Shown in pieces: positions 30,854-43,300 of a DNA stretch of 64,000 bases (positions are counted from its first letter, which is position 1; each line of letters starts with the position of its first letter). The DNA is from an uncultured Gammaproteobacteria bacterium (GTDB taxonomy: Bacteria > Patescibacteriota > Patescibacteriia > UBA2591 > UBA6264), in the NCBI GenBank assembly GCA_964596735.1, contig CAZQVF010000002.1, forward strand, positions 82,321 to 146,320. Reading direction: 5' to 3'. The notes below the pieces were generated by a model. It had not been told where the DNA came from, searched no databases, and saw only the letters and a list, made by a program, of their open reading frames with translations. Made by a program: the position numbers and the translations under genes.

Positions 30854-31618
30854 TTATTGAGGTAAAATAATTGAAACAATTTTTGGCTTTGGCGTTAAAA
30901 GAGGTTTAACAATGACTTCTTGAAAAATATCGTTTGGTTTTTTATTAATTTCCATTACCTGACCAATAACTATTCCCCAACGAATATTGTCTTCTAGGCC
31001 AGTTGTAATCACGGCGTCTCCAATGTTTATTCTCTTATCTAAAGGAACATATTTCATTTTTAAAGTTAATCCGTACTCTCCTTGAATAACACCAGAAACG
31101 ATTCCAGGATTATTAATATCACTTTCTAAGGGCAATTGAGTTAAAGGATCATAAGTAATAATGTCAGCCGCTAAAGCTAGGTGTTGATCAAAAATTGGTT
31201 GAGAATAAGAAACAGAATCTTTAACTTTGACAACCACCCCGATTAAAACACCATTTTGGTCAACTACGGCCAAGCCTGGTTCTATCCCTTTATCTGCTCC
31301 TTGATCTAATAAAAGCCATTTAAATCCGGCGACTGATTTTTGGCCAATTACTCTAGCCAAAACACTGTTATCTTTTGTTTTGTCCAAAAAATTAAAATGA
31401 TCCCTTATAACTTCGTTTTCAACTTGAATCTTTTTTAATTTAACATTTTCTATTTTAAGTTGACGATAAAACTCATCCCCAGATAAAGATGATGCTTCTA
31501 ATTGATAAAAAGATTTTTGGATTGGCTGTAAAATTTTAAAAAAAACATTTTCTCCTTTAAGGAGAAAAATAAATATCAATAATAAAACAATAATAATAAA
31601 AACAACAAGTTTTCTCAT
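30854..31618 (-). CDS. mreC: Rod shape-determining protein MreC
   Basis: ARVIG, LDQGADKGI, GDAVITTGL, GIVIGQV, FQEVIVKP. Confidence 0.88.
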   Translation of the reverse strand: MRKLVVFIIIVLLLIFIFLLKGENVFFKILQPIQKSFYQLEASSLSGDEFYRQLKIENVKLKKIQVENEVIRDHFNFLDKTKDNSVLARVIGQKSVAGFKWLLLDQGADKGIEPGLAVVDQNGVLIGVVVKVKDSVSYSQPIFDQHLALAADIITYDPLTQLPLESDINNPGIVSGVIQGEYGLTLKMKYVPLDKRINIGDAVITTGLEDNIRWGIVIGQVMEINKKPNDIFQEVIVKPLLTPKPKIVSIILPQ

Positions 31619-31646
31619 ATTAAAATCTTATTTTATTTTGTATTTA

Positions 31647-33728
31647 TTATCTGCTTGGTACAGAAGTTACATTGCTATCAATAATTGGTCCGTCTGGATA
31701 AACTTCATCCGCTAAAATCTCAATAACGTCATCCCATTTAAAGCCTAATGCTTCAAAAACCTGGCCTGAAGCAAAGGCTCTTTTCTTGCCAGATTCAACT
31801 AAATAAACACCTGGTTGGTCAACATACTTAATCAAAGTTCCGTCTAAACGCCCGGTAACTGGATCTCCGTCAATATAGGTTTCATTGTAAGGAATTTCAA
31901 TAACGTCTTCCCATTTAAAACCTATTCTTTCAAAGACCTCACCTGAAGCAAAGGCTCTTTTCTTACCAGATTCAATTAAATAAACGCCTGGTTGATCAGG
32001 ATATTTAATTAAAGTTCCATCTACCCTACCCTGAGGTTGAACAACAAATTGGAAACTGTTAATCATCAGCTCAAAACTTGTTTTAAAGTTAGCTTCTTTT
32101 TCAGTTCCTACATTATAAGACAAGATATAAATGCGACTATCTTTCTGAATATAAAGGGTTAAGTGTTCTGGATTCCAAACTGCTTCTTGATTGTTAACAA
32201 TAGTTGAATATAACAAGGATTGATCAATGCTTGGAGATTGTCTTAAATACCATTCAACTGGCTTTAGTCCTTCGGGATTATTTTCCACAGTGATGCTAAA
32301 AAATTCACCTGTATTTGTAATAACTAATACTTCTTGATTATTAGTTTCTGGAATAGCTCTTGCCAGCCAAGATGAAGGATAAAAGAAACTGTATGAATAA
32401 GTTGGATTAGTGTAAACATTGATTAGCCCTGAAGCAGCTAACTGAGCCCCTTCTGCTTGTTGATTAGGATCTGTAAGATTAAGAATTTCTTGGCCATCAG
32501 GGGTGGTATCAGTGTCTGAGTCAGGATTATTTACTTCTGTGTGATAAAGTGTCTCTTCAACATCTGTTAAACCATCATTGTCTGTATCTAGGCTAGATTG
32601 AACTTCTGGGGCTATCTGGAACATTTCTACTTTAGGGGTAAGTTTTTCTTTGGCTACAATAATAGCTAGGGTTTTCGCTGGCATAAGATCAAGAGCAATC
32701 GTTAATGTATTTGTTTCTTCATTAAGAGAAGAAGACAGGGGTGTCCAAAGGTTGTCTTTAAAATATCCCAGGACTAAATCTTTTTCCCATGCATCTTCAA
32801 CTAAAGCTTGATGATAAAACATTTTTAAGTCTGCTGTTTTTTTAAAAATTATATCAAGTGTCTCTTCAGTTTCAACCTCAGTTTCAATTTTTTGAGAAGA
32901 AACTTGATAAAGACCTCCTATTATCTTATAATCTCCTTCTGATTCTTCACTAGCTAACTCTCCACTAATCTCTAATTTAATATCTGTCTCTATCGCCCCT
33001 TCTGGTAAATAAATTTCTGCCCAAGAGATAATAACATCTGTTTCAGTGTTTTTTAGCTCATTCTTTAGGGTTTGTACTGGTGATAAAACCGGCTCTTCAA
33101 TAATTTCTGTCTTTTCTTCTTCAACTGGTTCAACAGGCTCTTCTAATTCTGTAGCTGTTGGCTCTGTAATTGGTTCAGGGGCAACCGATTTTTGGGAATA
33201 ATTCTGAGCCCAAAAGTAAAAACCAAGTCCTCCGGCAATAATTAAGATAACAACAACTAATAAAATAATTAAAAGCTTACCCTTCTTTTTACCTGATTTT
33301 GGTTTTTTGGGTTTAGATTTTCTAAATTTATCTGCCATCACTCGAACTGTTTCCTTGTCTGAGTCCCCTCCTTCATCTGCCTCTTGAATAATCTCCTTTT
33401 TGGCTAATTCTGGAGTAGCAAATTTAGTGGCTGACGGTTGAGGTGGTGGCGGGCTTGGTTGTTCAGGTGTTGGAGGCTCTGTTGAAGGTGTTGGGGCAAC
33501 TGGTTCTTGTTGTGGCAATTCAGCCGCAGGTTCAGGAGTTGTCTCAGGGACAGATGTATCTGTGGCTGGCTCTGAAGGTGCGGGAGCAGCTGTCGGTTCA
33601 GTTACTGGTTCAGTTGCCGGAACGGCTGGCTGGGCTGCTCCTGGTTCAGCTGGAGGAACCGGCGAAGAGCCCTGGGTAGCTGGCTCCTGCGGTTGCTGTG
33701 ATGATTGTTGTTGTTTTTCATCAAACAT
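31647..33728 (-). CDS. Membrane-anchored surface protein: Pro/Glu-rich N-terminus, Ca-binding DxDxDG motifs, two C-terminal repeats
   Basis: TM helix after a basic patch; DTDNDGLTDVEE; DGTLIKY..PGVYL.ESGKKRAFASG.VFE..GFKW.DVIEI twice. Confidence 0.75.
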   Translation of the reverse strand: MFDEKQQQSSQQPQEPATQGSSPVPPAEPGAAQPAVPATEPVTEPTAAPAPSEPATDTSVPETTPEPAAELPQQEPVAPTPSTEPPTPEQPSPPPPQPSATKFATPELAKKEIIQEADEGGDSDKETVRVMADKFRKSKPKKPKSGKKKGKLLIILLVVVILIIAGGLGFYFWAQNYSQKSVAPEPITEPTATELEEPVEPVEEEKTEIIEEPVLSPVQTLKNELKNTETDVIISWAEIYLPEGAIETDIKLEISGELASEESEGDYKIIGGLYQVSSQKIETEVETEETLDIIFKKTADLKMFYHQALVEDAWEKDLVLGYFKDNLWTPLSSSLNEETNTLTIALDLMPAKTLAIIVAKEKLTPKVEMFQIAPEVQSSLDTDNDGLTDVEETLYHTEVNNPDSDTDTTPDGQEILNLTDPNQQAEGAQLAASGLINVYTNPTYSYSFFYPSSWLARAIPETNNQEVLVITNTGEFFSITVENNPEGLKPVEWYLRQSPSIDQSLLYSTIVNNQEAVWNPEHLTLYIQKDSRIYILSYNVGTEKEANFKTSFELMINSFQFVVQPQGRVDGTLIKYPDQPGVYLIESGKKRAFASGEVFERIGFKWEDVIEIPYNETYIDGDPVTGRLDGTLIKYVDQPGVYLVESGKKRAFASGQVFEALGFKWDDVIEILADEVYPDGPIIDSNVTSVPSR

Positions 33729-33751
33729 AAAAATTAATTTTAATTGTTATT

Positions 33752-34339
33752 TTATTTTATTTTTTGGATTTCTTTTTGTAAATCCAAAAGTTTTGCATTT
33801 GGATTAGGATCTTTAGGGTCACCCCCTTTTCTTACTTCTTCCCCGTCTAAAATTCCATCTTCATCTGTATCAGATTTTAATGGGTCGGTTAAATAAATTT
33901 TAACTTCTTCTTTATCAAAAAGGCCGTCTTGATCACTATCTAAACTATTTATCTGGGTCCCTAATTCGCGTTCTTCTGCATCTGTTAAACCGTCATGATC
34001 TGAGTCTAATGTTTCCTCGTCGTCCCCTGATTCTTCTAAATCTACTGGAGTTTCTGTTAATTCTTCTTGTCCTGCTTGTTCAACTGGTGTCTCAACCCTG
34101 CCTTCTTCTGAAGATTTTCCTTTTATTTTAGAAAAAACAAACCAGAGAGCAATGATAAGGATAACAATAACAATGATGATTATTATTAAACGAATTACCT
34201 TGCTTATATTAACCCTTTTTTTAAACTTTGGTTCTACTTTTTTTGTTTCAATAGATTGCCCCTCTACCTGAGCCACTGTAGAAGATGGTGTTTTTTCAAC
34301 TTTATCAAAAATGTCTTCAGTTTTATTTTCTTCTGGCAT
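33752..34339 (-). CDS. Membrane-anchored protein with TSP3-like Ca-binding repeats
   Basis: One TM; DSDHDGLTDAEE, DSDQDGLFDKEE, DTDEDGILDGEE. Confidence 0.78.
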   Translation of the reverse strand: MPEENKTEDIFDKVEKTPSSTVAQVEGQSIETKKVEPKFKKRVNISKVIRLIIIIIVIVILIIALWFVFSKIKGKSSEEGRVETPVEQAGQEELTETPVDLEESGDDEETLDSDHDGLTDAEERELGTQINSLDSDQDGLFDKEEVKIYLTDPLKSDTDEDGILDGEEVRKGGDPKDPNPNAKLLDLQKEIQKIK

Positions 34340-34366
34340 AAAATTCTATTATTTTTATTATTTATA

Positions 34367-37300
34367 TTACTGATCAAGATCTCCACAATTACGTTTGAGG
34401 CCACTTCCCGGACCACAATAATAGTCTTTATTATGAACCAAGAAATCATTGGCAAAGTAGTTATGTAGTTTATCAACTTCTAGATTATAAACTGTTTGCT
34501 GATCTATTGCCTTTTTAATTTTAATAATTTTAACAAATTCTAATCGCCCATTATTATTTATTTTCCCAACCTCATCCCAAATGTTTAAATCTTTAACTTT
34601 TAAATATCCTTTTCTAGTATAGATAGGATGAATATTTGTTACCTTTAAAACTGAATAGTCTAAAAGTGTCATTATATAATAATCTTGTTTTTCATGTTCA
34701 AATGTTTGCATTACTTTGACTTTTTGGATTCTATTTTTTTCTAAATCATACCCATTAATTATGTCTCCGACTTTAATGTCCTCAATGTTTTTAAATCCAT
34801 TCTCAGTTGTAATTAAAGTCCCGGCAATAAAACATCCTGCTTCGTCTCCACAACAAAATTGATCATCATCACAACTGCTACCACAAGTGGCAACGCAATC
34901 ACTACAATAAGTCGAATCAGTAGGACAACCATCTTCTGAAGGACCCCATTGACAATCATCTTCACAATAGCGACATTGACCCGCTCCTACATAGTCTCCC
35001 TCACCAGGTGTACATGCGTTTTTTGGAGGAAGATCACATATTCCACTTTGACACTCGCCACATGCCTCCATACACTCTGTTCCATCCGATACAGATTGAT
35101 CAGCTGGACAGCTGCTAGAAGAACCTGTGCAGGTTTCTGATATATCACACTCAGAGTCTGCTGGGCGACAAACATATTCTGAAGACCGATAATAACAACC
35201 ATCACAACAAGCTCCCGTAGTACAGTCGCAGGGAGGAACACAAGCACCATTATTACAAACTTCCCCAGTAGGACAGCAAACACCAGCACAACAAGTTCCT
35301 GTATCACAACCTAAATAAGGTGGCGGCCCTGTGTCTGTAACTGGATCACAATCTCCAGTACCATCACACTGATAACAAGTTGTACATTGAGCAGTAGATT
35401 GCCCACAACTAGCTGTTAATATATTGCCGGCATCAGCATTAATTGTCACGCCAAAAGCTCCTGAATTATCTGTTTTACAAACACCATTATAAGCACAGCT
35501 ACGATAATATATTGTTCCTGAACAAGCCCCAGAAGTACAAGAATTATCTATATCACAATAATAAGTAGATGAAACTGATATTTCTGAACCGTTAACGCAA
35601 ACCTTGTTTTCTGCCACAATTGAACCATTGTTACCAACATCATAAGAACAAGCATGTCCAGCAGAACATCTTAATTCATCTCTTGTTTTAAAACAATCTG
35701 TATTACAGTAATTCCAAGAAGAAAAATCGCAAAGTGTCGTTCCGTTTGGCGAACAACTACCGGTTAAAGTTTTGCCAGTATTAGGATAAACTGTTTGTTG
35801 GTAAGAACCTGTCGCGTCTGCTTTACAAGCTCCACTACCATCACAACCACGATAATATCTATAACCAACACAAGCACCGTTTGTACAATCATCAACAATC
35901 GCCCCGCAATAATTACTAGTGCTACGATAAGCCAGGGTGCAATCAGGATATAATACACAATTTGCCTGAGCCATGATTGGTTGTAAATGACCGCCCGTGT
36001 AGTCACCTACACCCCGGCAAGCCCCACTACCATTACATGAGCGATACCATCTAGTCCCTGAGCAACTATTATTACTGCAATTATTTTCAGGTGATCCACA
36101 ATAATTTGAGGCTGAAACAGAAGTGATTTCACCTGCTCCTGTACAAACAGAACCAGAAGGAATATTTTCTGTGCCGCCACTAGGATCACAAGACCCACTA
36201 GAACCACATAGCCCACTACCTCCCCCTCTAACACAATCACTGTCGCAAGAAATCCAACCTATTTCACACTGATTAAACGGATCTTGACCTGCTGTCTGAT
36301 TTACACAAGATCCGTTATAACATCTTTTACAAGTATCCTGGCATAATGTTGAGCCAACAGTATCTTGGGTATTATTTGTTTTATTAACACAGGTTCCAGA
36401 ACCTGCCCCATCACAAGTCTGACAAGCTGAACAATTTCTATCTCCAGAAGTATAATAATCTGTACAAAAGCCGCTGCCGTCACAATTACCAGTTAAACAT
36501 CCACTAGTATCATTGCAAATATTTCTGGGATCATTTCCTGCACTGACATTATGACAGGTTCCAGCTGATCCACCAAAACCTTCACCACAATATTCACAAC
36601 TCCCAGTACAAGACATATCACAACAAACTCCGTCAACACAACTTCCTGAATGACAATTTGCGTCACCTGAACAAGCTTCACCATTGGCTTTTAACGCACA
36701 AGAAACTCCACTCCAAGAACAATTATTACATTCAAGAAAACCGGTTGGTTCACTTTCATATCCTAAGCCTTCACATGTTGCTGCTGGAATAAATCCCTCT
36801 GATGGAAAAGTTGTTCCCGGACAATATCCTGATTGAAATGGAGAACAGCAGGTTCCATAACCACTTCCGCAATCACATTGTTCTCCGCATTGGAGTGTTC
36901 CGTCTCCGCAAACAGGTGCTCCTGGTGACTCATAAATATAATTAAAATCCCCTGAAGAATCTGATTGGGTAGTGATAACGTCTTCTTCCCCTTTCCAGAT
37001 GATTCCCCCATTACCATATTCTAAATTGACTGATAAGGTATAATATTCACCTAAACAACCTGATTGATCTGGAGCATAATATTGATAAACATGAGACCCA
37101 TCAGGAATCTCAAAAATTTGAGTACTAGGGTTATAACAAGTATTATCACATTGAGAATCTGGTTCATCAATACAACCAGCACAAGGACCATTAAATTCAT
37201 TAATTGGATCAACTGGTAATGATTCTCCTAAGGCTTGTGATAAAGTATTTGTCCAAGAAGGCCAAAGACTATTGCTTTTACTCAAGACATATGTCCCTGC

Positions 37301-40300
37301 CCCCAAGGTTGGATATTCACCTTGTTCTTGATAATGCTCTTCTAATTCATCTTTTATTTCTTGAAAATTATAAAGTCTTAATAAGTCGTTTTGTAGCTTG
37401 GGTTTATCTTCAAAATAATTATCTAAATTAATATTAAATTCCCAATTATATAATATCTGATTAAATATTTCTATTGTTTTTGGGCTTGCTCCATCATTAT
37501 ATGAAATTAAATAAACATAGGTATAAACTCCCTGATCAGCACAAGTAAGTGTTGCAATATAGCTTCCATGTCCTGTTACACCCCATGCCCCATTATTATA
37601 TCTCATATAACCTCCTCCTGATCCAGTAGTTGTGTAGGACTCAAAGCCACTGTAATTTTGATCATCAACACAATATTGCTGAGCCGTCGCGTTGTCAGGA
37701 TATAAATAATATGAACCATGTTGAGGATTAGAAAAATTATCAGTATCTGAACCCAAATTAGTTGCCCCAACATAAGTAGTTCTTCCTTCTCGCAAAGCAT
37801 AATAGTTATCAATAACAAAATTGCTCGGCTTTCCCGGATTTGGTACATTTTGTTCGTACCAGTTTAAAACACTCAGTCTTTTTGGATTATTAAATACTTT
37901 TAAGCCAATTACGTCTCCTGAATCACCAACGGAAAAAAGAAATTCTTTAATTAAAGGATCACTGCCTTCTATTGATGCCTCTGCTAATTCTGGCAATCTG
38001 TCTGCTTCGGCTTGAGCTAAGTCTCCTCGACAATAACTTAATTTAAATTGAGTATTTGGAGCAAAACCTGGACCAGCTGCATCTTCAAAAGTCCAAGGAA
38101 CTTCGCAAATAAGAACGTTTGCTTCTGTTATTCCTAAAACAGAAATAGCTGGATCAGAACCAACAATCGTGGCCGTAGCCGTAATCTGCACTCGGCCATT
38201 TCTGTCTTGAGCCATAGCTGTTTCATCTTCTGAACTAGATCCTGTTATTGAAACAACTGCTGGGTCTGAAGATTCCCATGACCAGGTCCAGTCATAAACA
38301 TCAGGAATTCCTAATATTTCATTGCCCTGATTATCATATGTGTAAGCAATTAAATTTTCTGATTCGTCCGTGGATGTGAAGTCAATTGTTTTTGGTTCAA
38401 TATCAACTTCTGACAGAGTACAAATTTGATCAGAAGTAGTAAATGTTGAATTATAATCAGCGGCCATACCAACACCATAAATGCTTTCTACTCCGTTTTC
38501 CCCGCCTAGAATTGTTATTTGATATTCTTGATTAGAATCAAGTAATCCGGCATTTATATTTACTATTGTCTTATTTTCATTATAACAAGTAAGTGTTGCA
38601 ATATAGCTTCCATGTCCTGTTACACCCCATGCCCCATTATTATATCTCATATAGCTTCCCAGTGTTAGGGTAGTTGTATAGGAGTCAAAGCCCCTGTAAT
38701 CTTGATCAAGACAATATTGCTGAGCTGTTGCACTACTAGGATATAAATAATATGAACCATGTTGAGGATTGGGAATGTCATTAGTAGGTTCTCGAAAGAT
38801 ATCGTCAACAGCTGAAACATCAACTGTCGAAGTTATATCATCCCATAAAGTAGTCCATTTAAAAAATTTTATTGTGTCTTTTGAAATACTTGATCTGTCC
38901 ATGGGTTGATCAAAAATTGCTTTAATTACTGAATTGCGACAAACATTAGAGCCAGAAGGTTGAAAAGTTTCTACATTAGGATAAATGGCTACCACTAAAT
39001 CAACAGAGTTAGTTACTGGCTCGCCTGCTGATGGAGTAGCCGTAACCTCAATTTCTGTTTCTCCTAAGTCTACGGCCGTAGCCATAGCAGTATAAGTGGG
39101 TGTTTGCGGAGCCACAGTGGCCACACCCGGTTCTGTTGATTCCCATGTCCAAGTAAATGTATCTGGTCTTAAAATCTGACAATCTGGACCAATTGGCAAA
39201 GCAGAATAATCTTTAGTTCCTGATTCAATAATTATCCCAACCGGATCTTGTTCAAATATTTCTATTGCTTGAGCAGAACAAACCTCTGCCTGGTCTTTTG
39301 TTTTAAAATACCAAGTATAGTCGTCATTGGGCGAGTCGTCTTCAATTCCGTCCTTGTTTCCGTCTAACTGATAATTATCAACCGAATCTACAATCCCTGT
39401 TTCCCCACTTTTAAGAGTAACTTGATACCAATAATTTTGATCCAACAGAACACCAGGTGTATAAATAAATCCTTTACTACAGAGTAGTGTATCAATTCTT
39501 TCTGCTGAACTTTCTTCAACCCATTCTCCGTCTACATACCTCATATAGTCATCAATTGGACCAACTGTAGAATAAGTCGCTTTAAAACTAGTATAACCGT
39601 GTTCAAAACAAAATCGATTGGCTGTTGTTATGTCTGGATATAAATGAACTGCATTGTGTTGGGGGTTAACAAATGACTTGTCTGTTTCCACAATTGTTCC
39701 GCTAACATCAGTGGTGCATGATGCTGAATCAAACATTTCATTGCCTAGATTACATTTCTCAACAATGATATTAGTGTTTGATAAATTATCTACTTCCATG
39801 TTAAAACGAGCTGAAATCAATGCATTGCGGCAGGCTTGCGAAGATAAATGACGCGGGGAAGGGGTCTGGATATTGTTTAAGCAAGTACTGTCTTCAAAAA
39901 CCTGGGGAAGATCAAAAGTTTCTGGATCTTCCGGCGGCAAAACTGGGGGGGAAAGCACACTAGTAAATTCTCCTGAACCAGAATACCCCGATATTGTTGC
40001 AGAAATATCAGTGGTCTGCTCCCCTTCTCCTTCCACAGGAGAAACCGTAGTTTCTAATGCTTGGCTAGGACTAACCACAGCGATATTAATGTCATCTGAT
40101 TGCCAGAAAAATTCTGCCACACAAATCGGGTTATTATTAAAATTATATCCCTGGGCTGTATAAATAACACTGTCTTCAAAAGATTCAACAATAGCACTGT
40201 CTGGACTAACAATAATTTCACTAATTTCGCATATATTATCTTCAGGTCCAGTTGCAAATTGCCAAGTATAATCATCCATGGAAACGCCCAGGCTATCGCG

Positions 40301-43300
40301 AATACCTTGTCCATCAAGCCCCCCAATTAATTCTACCTTGTAACCTGTGTATGGATCTAAATCACAATCTATTGGTAATAAATTAACCTGATCATTGTCT
40401 TCATTAATAATTAAATTATAACTTACGTCTTGTTCAGATGATTCCTGCCTTAAATCAACCTGATAAATTCTAATATTAGAATCATGGGGCGACTCAGACC
40501 AATCATTGTCCCACTCTAATCTAATCGTGTGCGTCCCTGCAGTAATATTACCCAATGAAACATTTGAAATCTGGTGACCTAATGTTGCGTCAGCGCAAAA
40601 ATCACCCTTTTCAACATTGTCAACAAACACTTTAACGTGATGTTGAACACCTGGTTCAGAACAAACTCCGTCTTCGCCAAAATCTTTAACATCTGCTGAA
40701 TAATTAGACGTTTCTACATAGATCTGATAATCACCATCTGCGCTAACATTAAAACTATAATCCCACCAATTAACATCACAACGGCCAGTATAAATACCTG
40801 ACTGATCAAGACAACTAGTGTATTGGGTGGTTGTATAATCTATTCCAAGCTTGGATTCAATTAAAGGAGGTAATTTTTTTAATTTAATATTATTTGTATT
40901 TAAAGAGTTTCTGTCCATGTCTTGACTGAAATTAGCCTCAATAGCTGTATTTAAACAAACCGCCTCTCCAGTTGGGCTATTACTGGTTATTGTTGGTTGA
41001 GCATAACAGCATTGATTTGGATCTAAAAATCCGCAGCCTAATCCGTTTCCACATTGGTCATCACTTTCACACCCACAGCAAAGACCACGATCATCACCAG
41101 TACAACTTCCTTGATTAGCCATACATTCCAAAGGAGCCTCGCAAGAATTTGTAATAACATCGCAGCAACATCGGCAAGTGTCTGTTGCTTCATATAGGCA
41201 ATTATAAATGGGGGTCGAACAATTATAAGGAGGGTTGTCAGGACAAAAAGTTGCCTCTTGGCAGGCTTGGCCTGGTCCGCCCGGATGTTGTAAAATATCA
41301 AAAGGCAATTCATTACTCATGCCCTGATCATTTTCAACATATACTAAACCGTCTTCTGATCCCAAAGGAACTAAAGCACTACTAATTTGTTGGTCTGACC
41401 AGGTTTGATAAACAGCTAATTTATTATTATAAAATACCACCTTACTTCCTGCTGACTCTACGCCAAATCTTATTCCTGATAAATCAACTTCTGTTTCATT
41501 TGAATAACCGGCTGACGGATTAATAGAGAAAAGACAGGGCCCATTTGCCTGTTCATTACTGTCTACATAAAACTCAACTAAATTACTAGTTAATTGATCT
41601 CCACCATCATATTCAATAGTCGCCTGGACTTCTGGCCGATCCCCTTGTGAATAAATATCTGGCACTTGTGTAGTTAAATAATTATTGTCAGATCCTTCAA
41701 TTGCTGTTTGAGTAGGTGTTCCATTAAGAATAAAATCTATTTTTATTGGAAGAGCTGGCTGAGTAGCTGTTCCCTCAAAACAGCTGCCATGAAGTGTTAT
41801 ACACTCACCTTTTGAACCTTGAGCCGGTTCTAGATGTGAAATCCAAGGTGAACAAAAGCAGTTTCCCATGGTGGCTGTTGTAAATTCCCAAAAGTCAGAA
41901 AGTAAAGTGCCTTGTTGATCAATGACTAAATCAGTTAAAACTGTTACCTGATAATCTGATTCAGTTTGTAAATTATCATCTGGATCAAAAGTAAAAACTC
42001 TAAAATGATTATTAACTGGGTCACCTGGATCATCTACTCTAAAAACACCACCAATAACTATTTCTTCATAAGGAGGGTCAAATTCACTTGGTCGCATCTC
42101 AAAATCAAAATTATCACCCCCGCCACTAATTTCAAACCTAACTAAGTTGCCATACATCTGGGTGCCAAAAGTCACACTAATATCAGTGTCCGGACAAACC
42201 AAAGTACCGGTTGGGTGCCAAAAACTAATTCCTGGTGCTTGATCATTGGTCTGGAACTCCCACTCAAGTGGTTCGTCCATCTGGTTCATGCAAAGATCTT
42301 CAATGTTGCCAACATGAATCCGATACCAGGTAAATGCTTGTAATAAATTTTCATCTCTTAAAGAAATTCTAAATCCATTACTAATCGCCCCAATTTCAAA
42401 AATCTCTTTAGCCAAAGTTTCAACTATCGTCCCCCCTTGACCATCTAACCTGGCCAGCCAAATATTTGTTTCAATTGGATAATTATTTTCATCAGCTACT
42501 GTGGTCATATCAATTGGCTCAGAAAAACTAGCCTCAATACTTGGTTTTCGGGAAACATTTTGATCTGGATAATCAGGATCACTTTGGTCAAAAATTGGAT
42601 AAGTAGCAACAATCTCTGGTGGGACGGTGTCAAGGGTTTCTCCAGTCATAAAATTCCAAAGAAAATAACTGCCAGCGTCAAGACAATCGCCAGCAGCTAA
42701 ACAGACTTGAAGAAATTCTCCCTGAGTGTCTGAAATTGCTTTGGGAAAATAAGCCTCATAAGAAGTATTAGGATCAAAAAGGTCAGGATGTTTGAAAATA
42801 ATAATATTATTTCTGGTTTGCCAACTACCACTAACCGGGCTTGCCCCGGTTTCAATTCTTAAATCCCCGGCTGTTTCTAAGTCCTCAATTATTAGCCCAT
42901 CAACTGAATGATTAAATATTGGCTGAACAGCAGAACAAAGATAAACATCCTGATGATAATTCTGCTCTAAGCCGCCATGAGTTGTTTCAATTTTTCTAAT
43001 TCTAAAAGCATCTGGAGGCAATGAACAGTCTGGATCAGAAATATTACAACTACCACCAGAATCGCAACGCAAACCCGGGCCACAGCAAAGACCTGGAGTA
43101 CAACCTCCACTGCCTCCTAGGCCTTCTCCAGTCACTCCGCTTAACCGGCCCATAATAAAAGATACTATTGCATAAGCAAAAACAATAATCAAAAGCCCGA
43201 TTAAACCACTAGAAATAATTTTCTTGGCTTTGGTTACCTTGTCAGCAACCCCCCCTGAGGTCATCCAAATAAAACCACCGGCAATCATAATGATGACGGC

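Noticed and set aside
37541-38770. Near-identical repeats as a diversity-generating retroelement TR/VR pair
   Set aside because: Both copies are in-frame within one gene, differences include an indel and non-adenine changes, and no reverse transcriptase is in the window.
34949-41385. Many 60-106 aa ORFs overlapping the giant gene, and similar shadow ORFs within other long genes
   Set aside because: They lie wholly inside well-supported CDSs and show no recognisable motifs or RBS.
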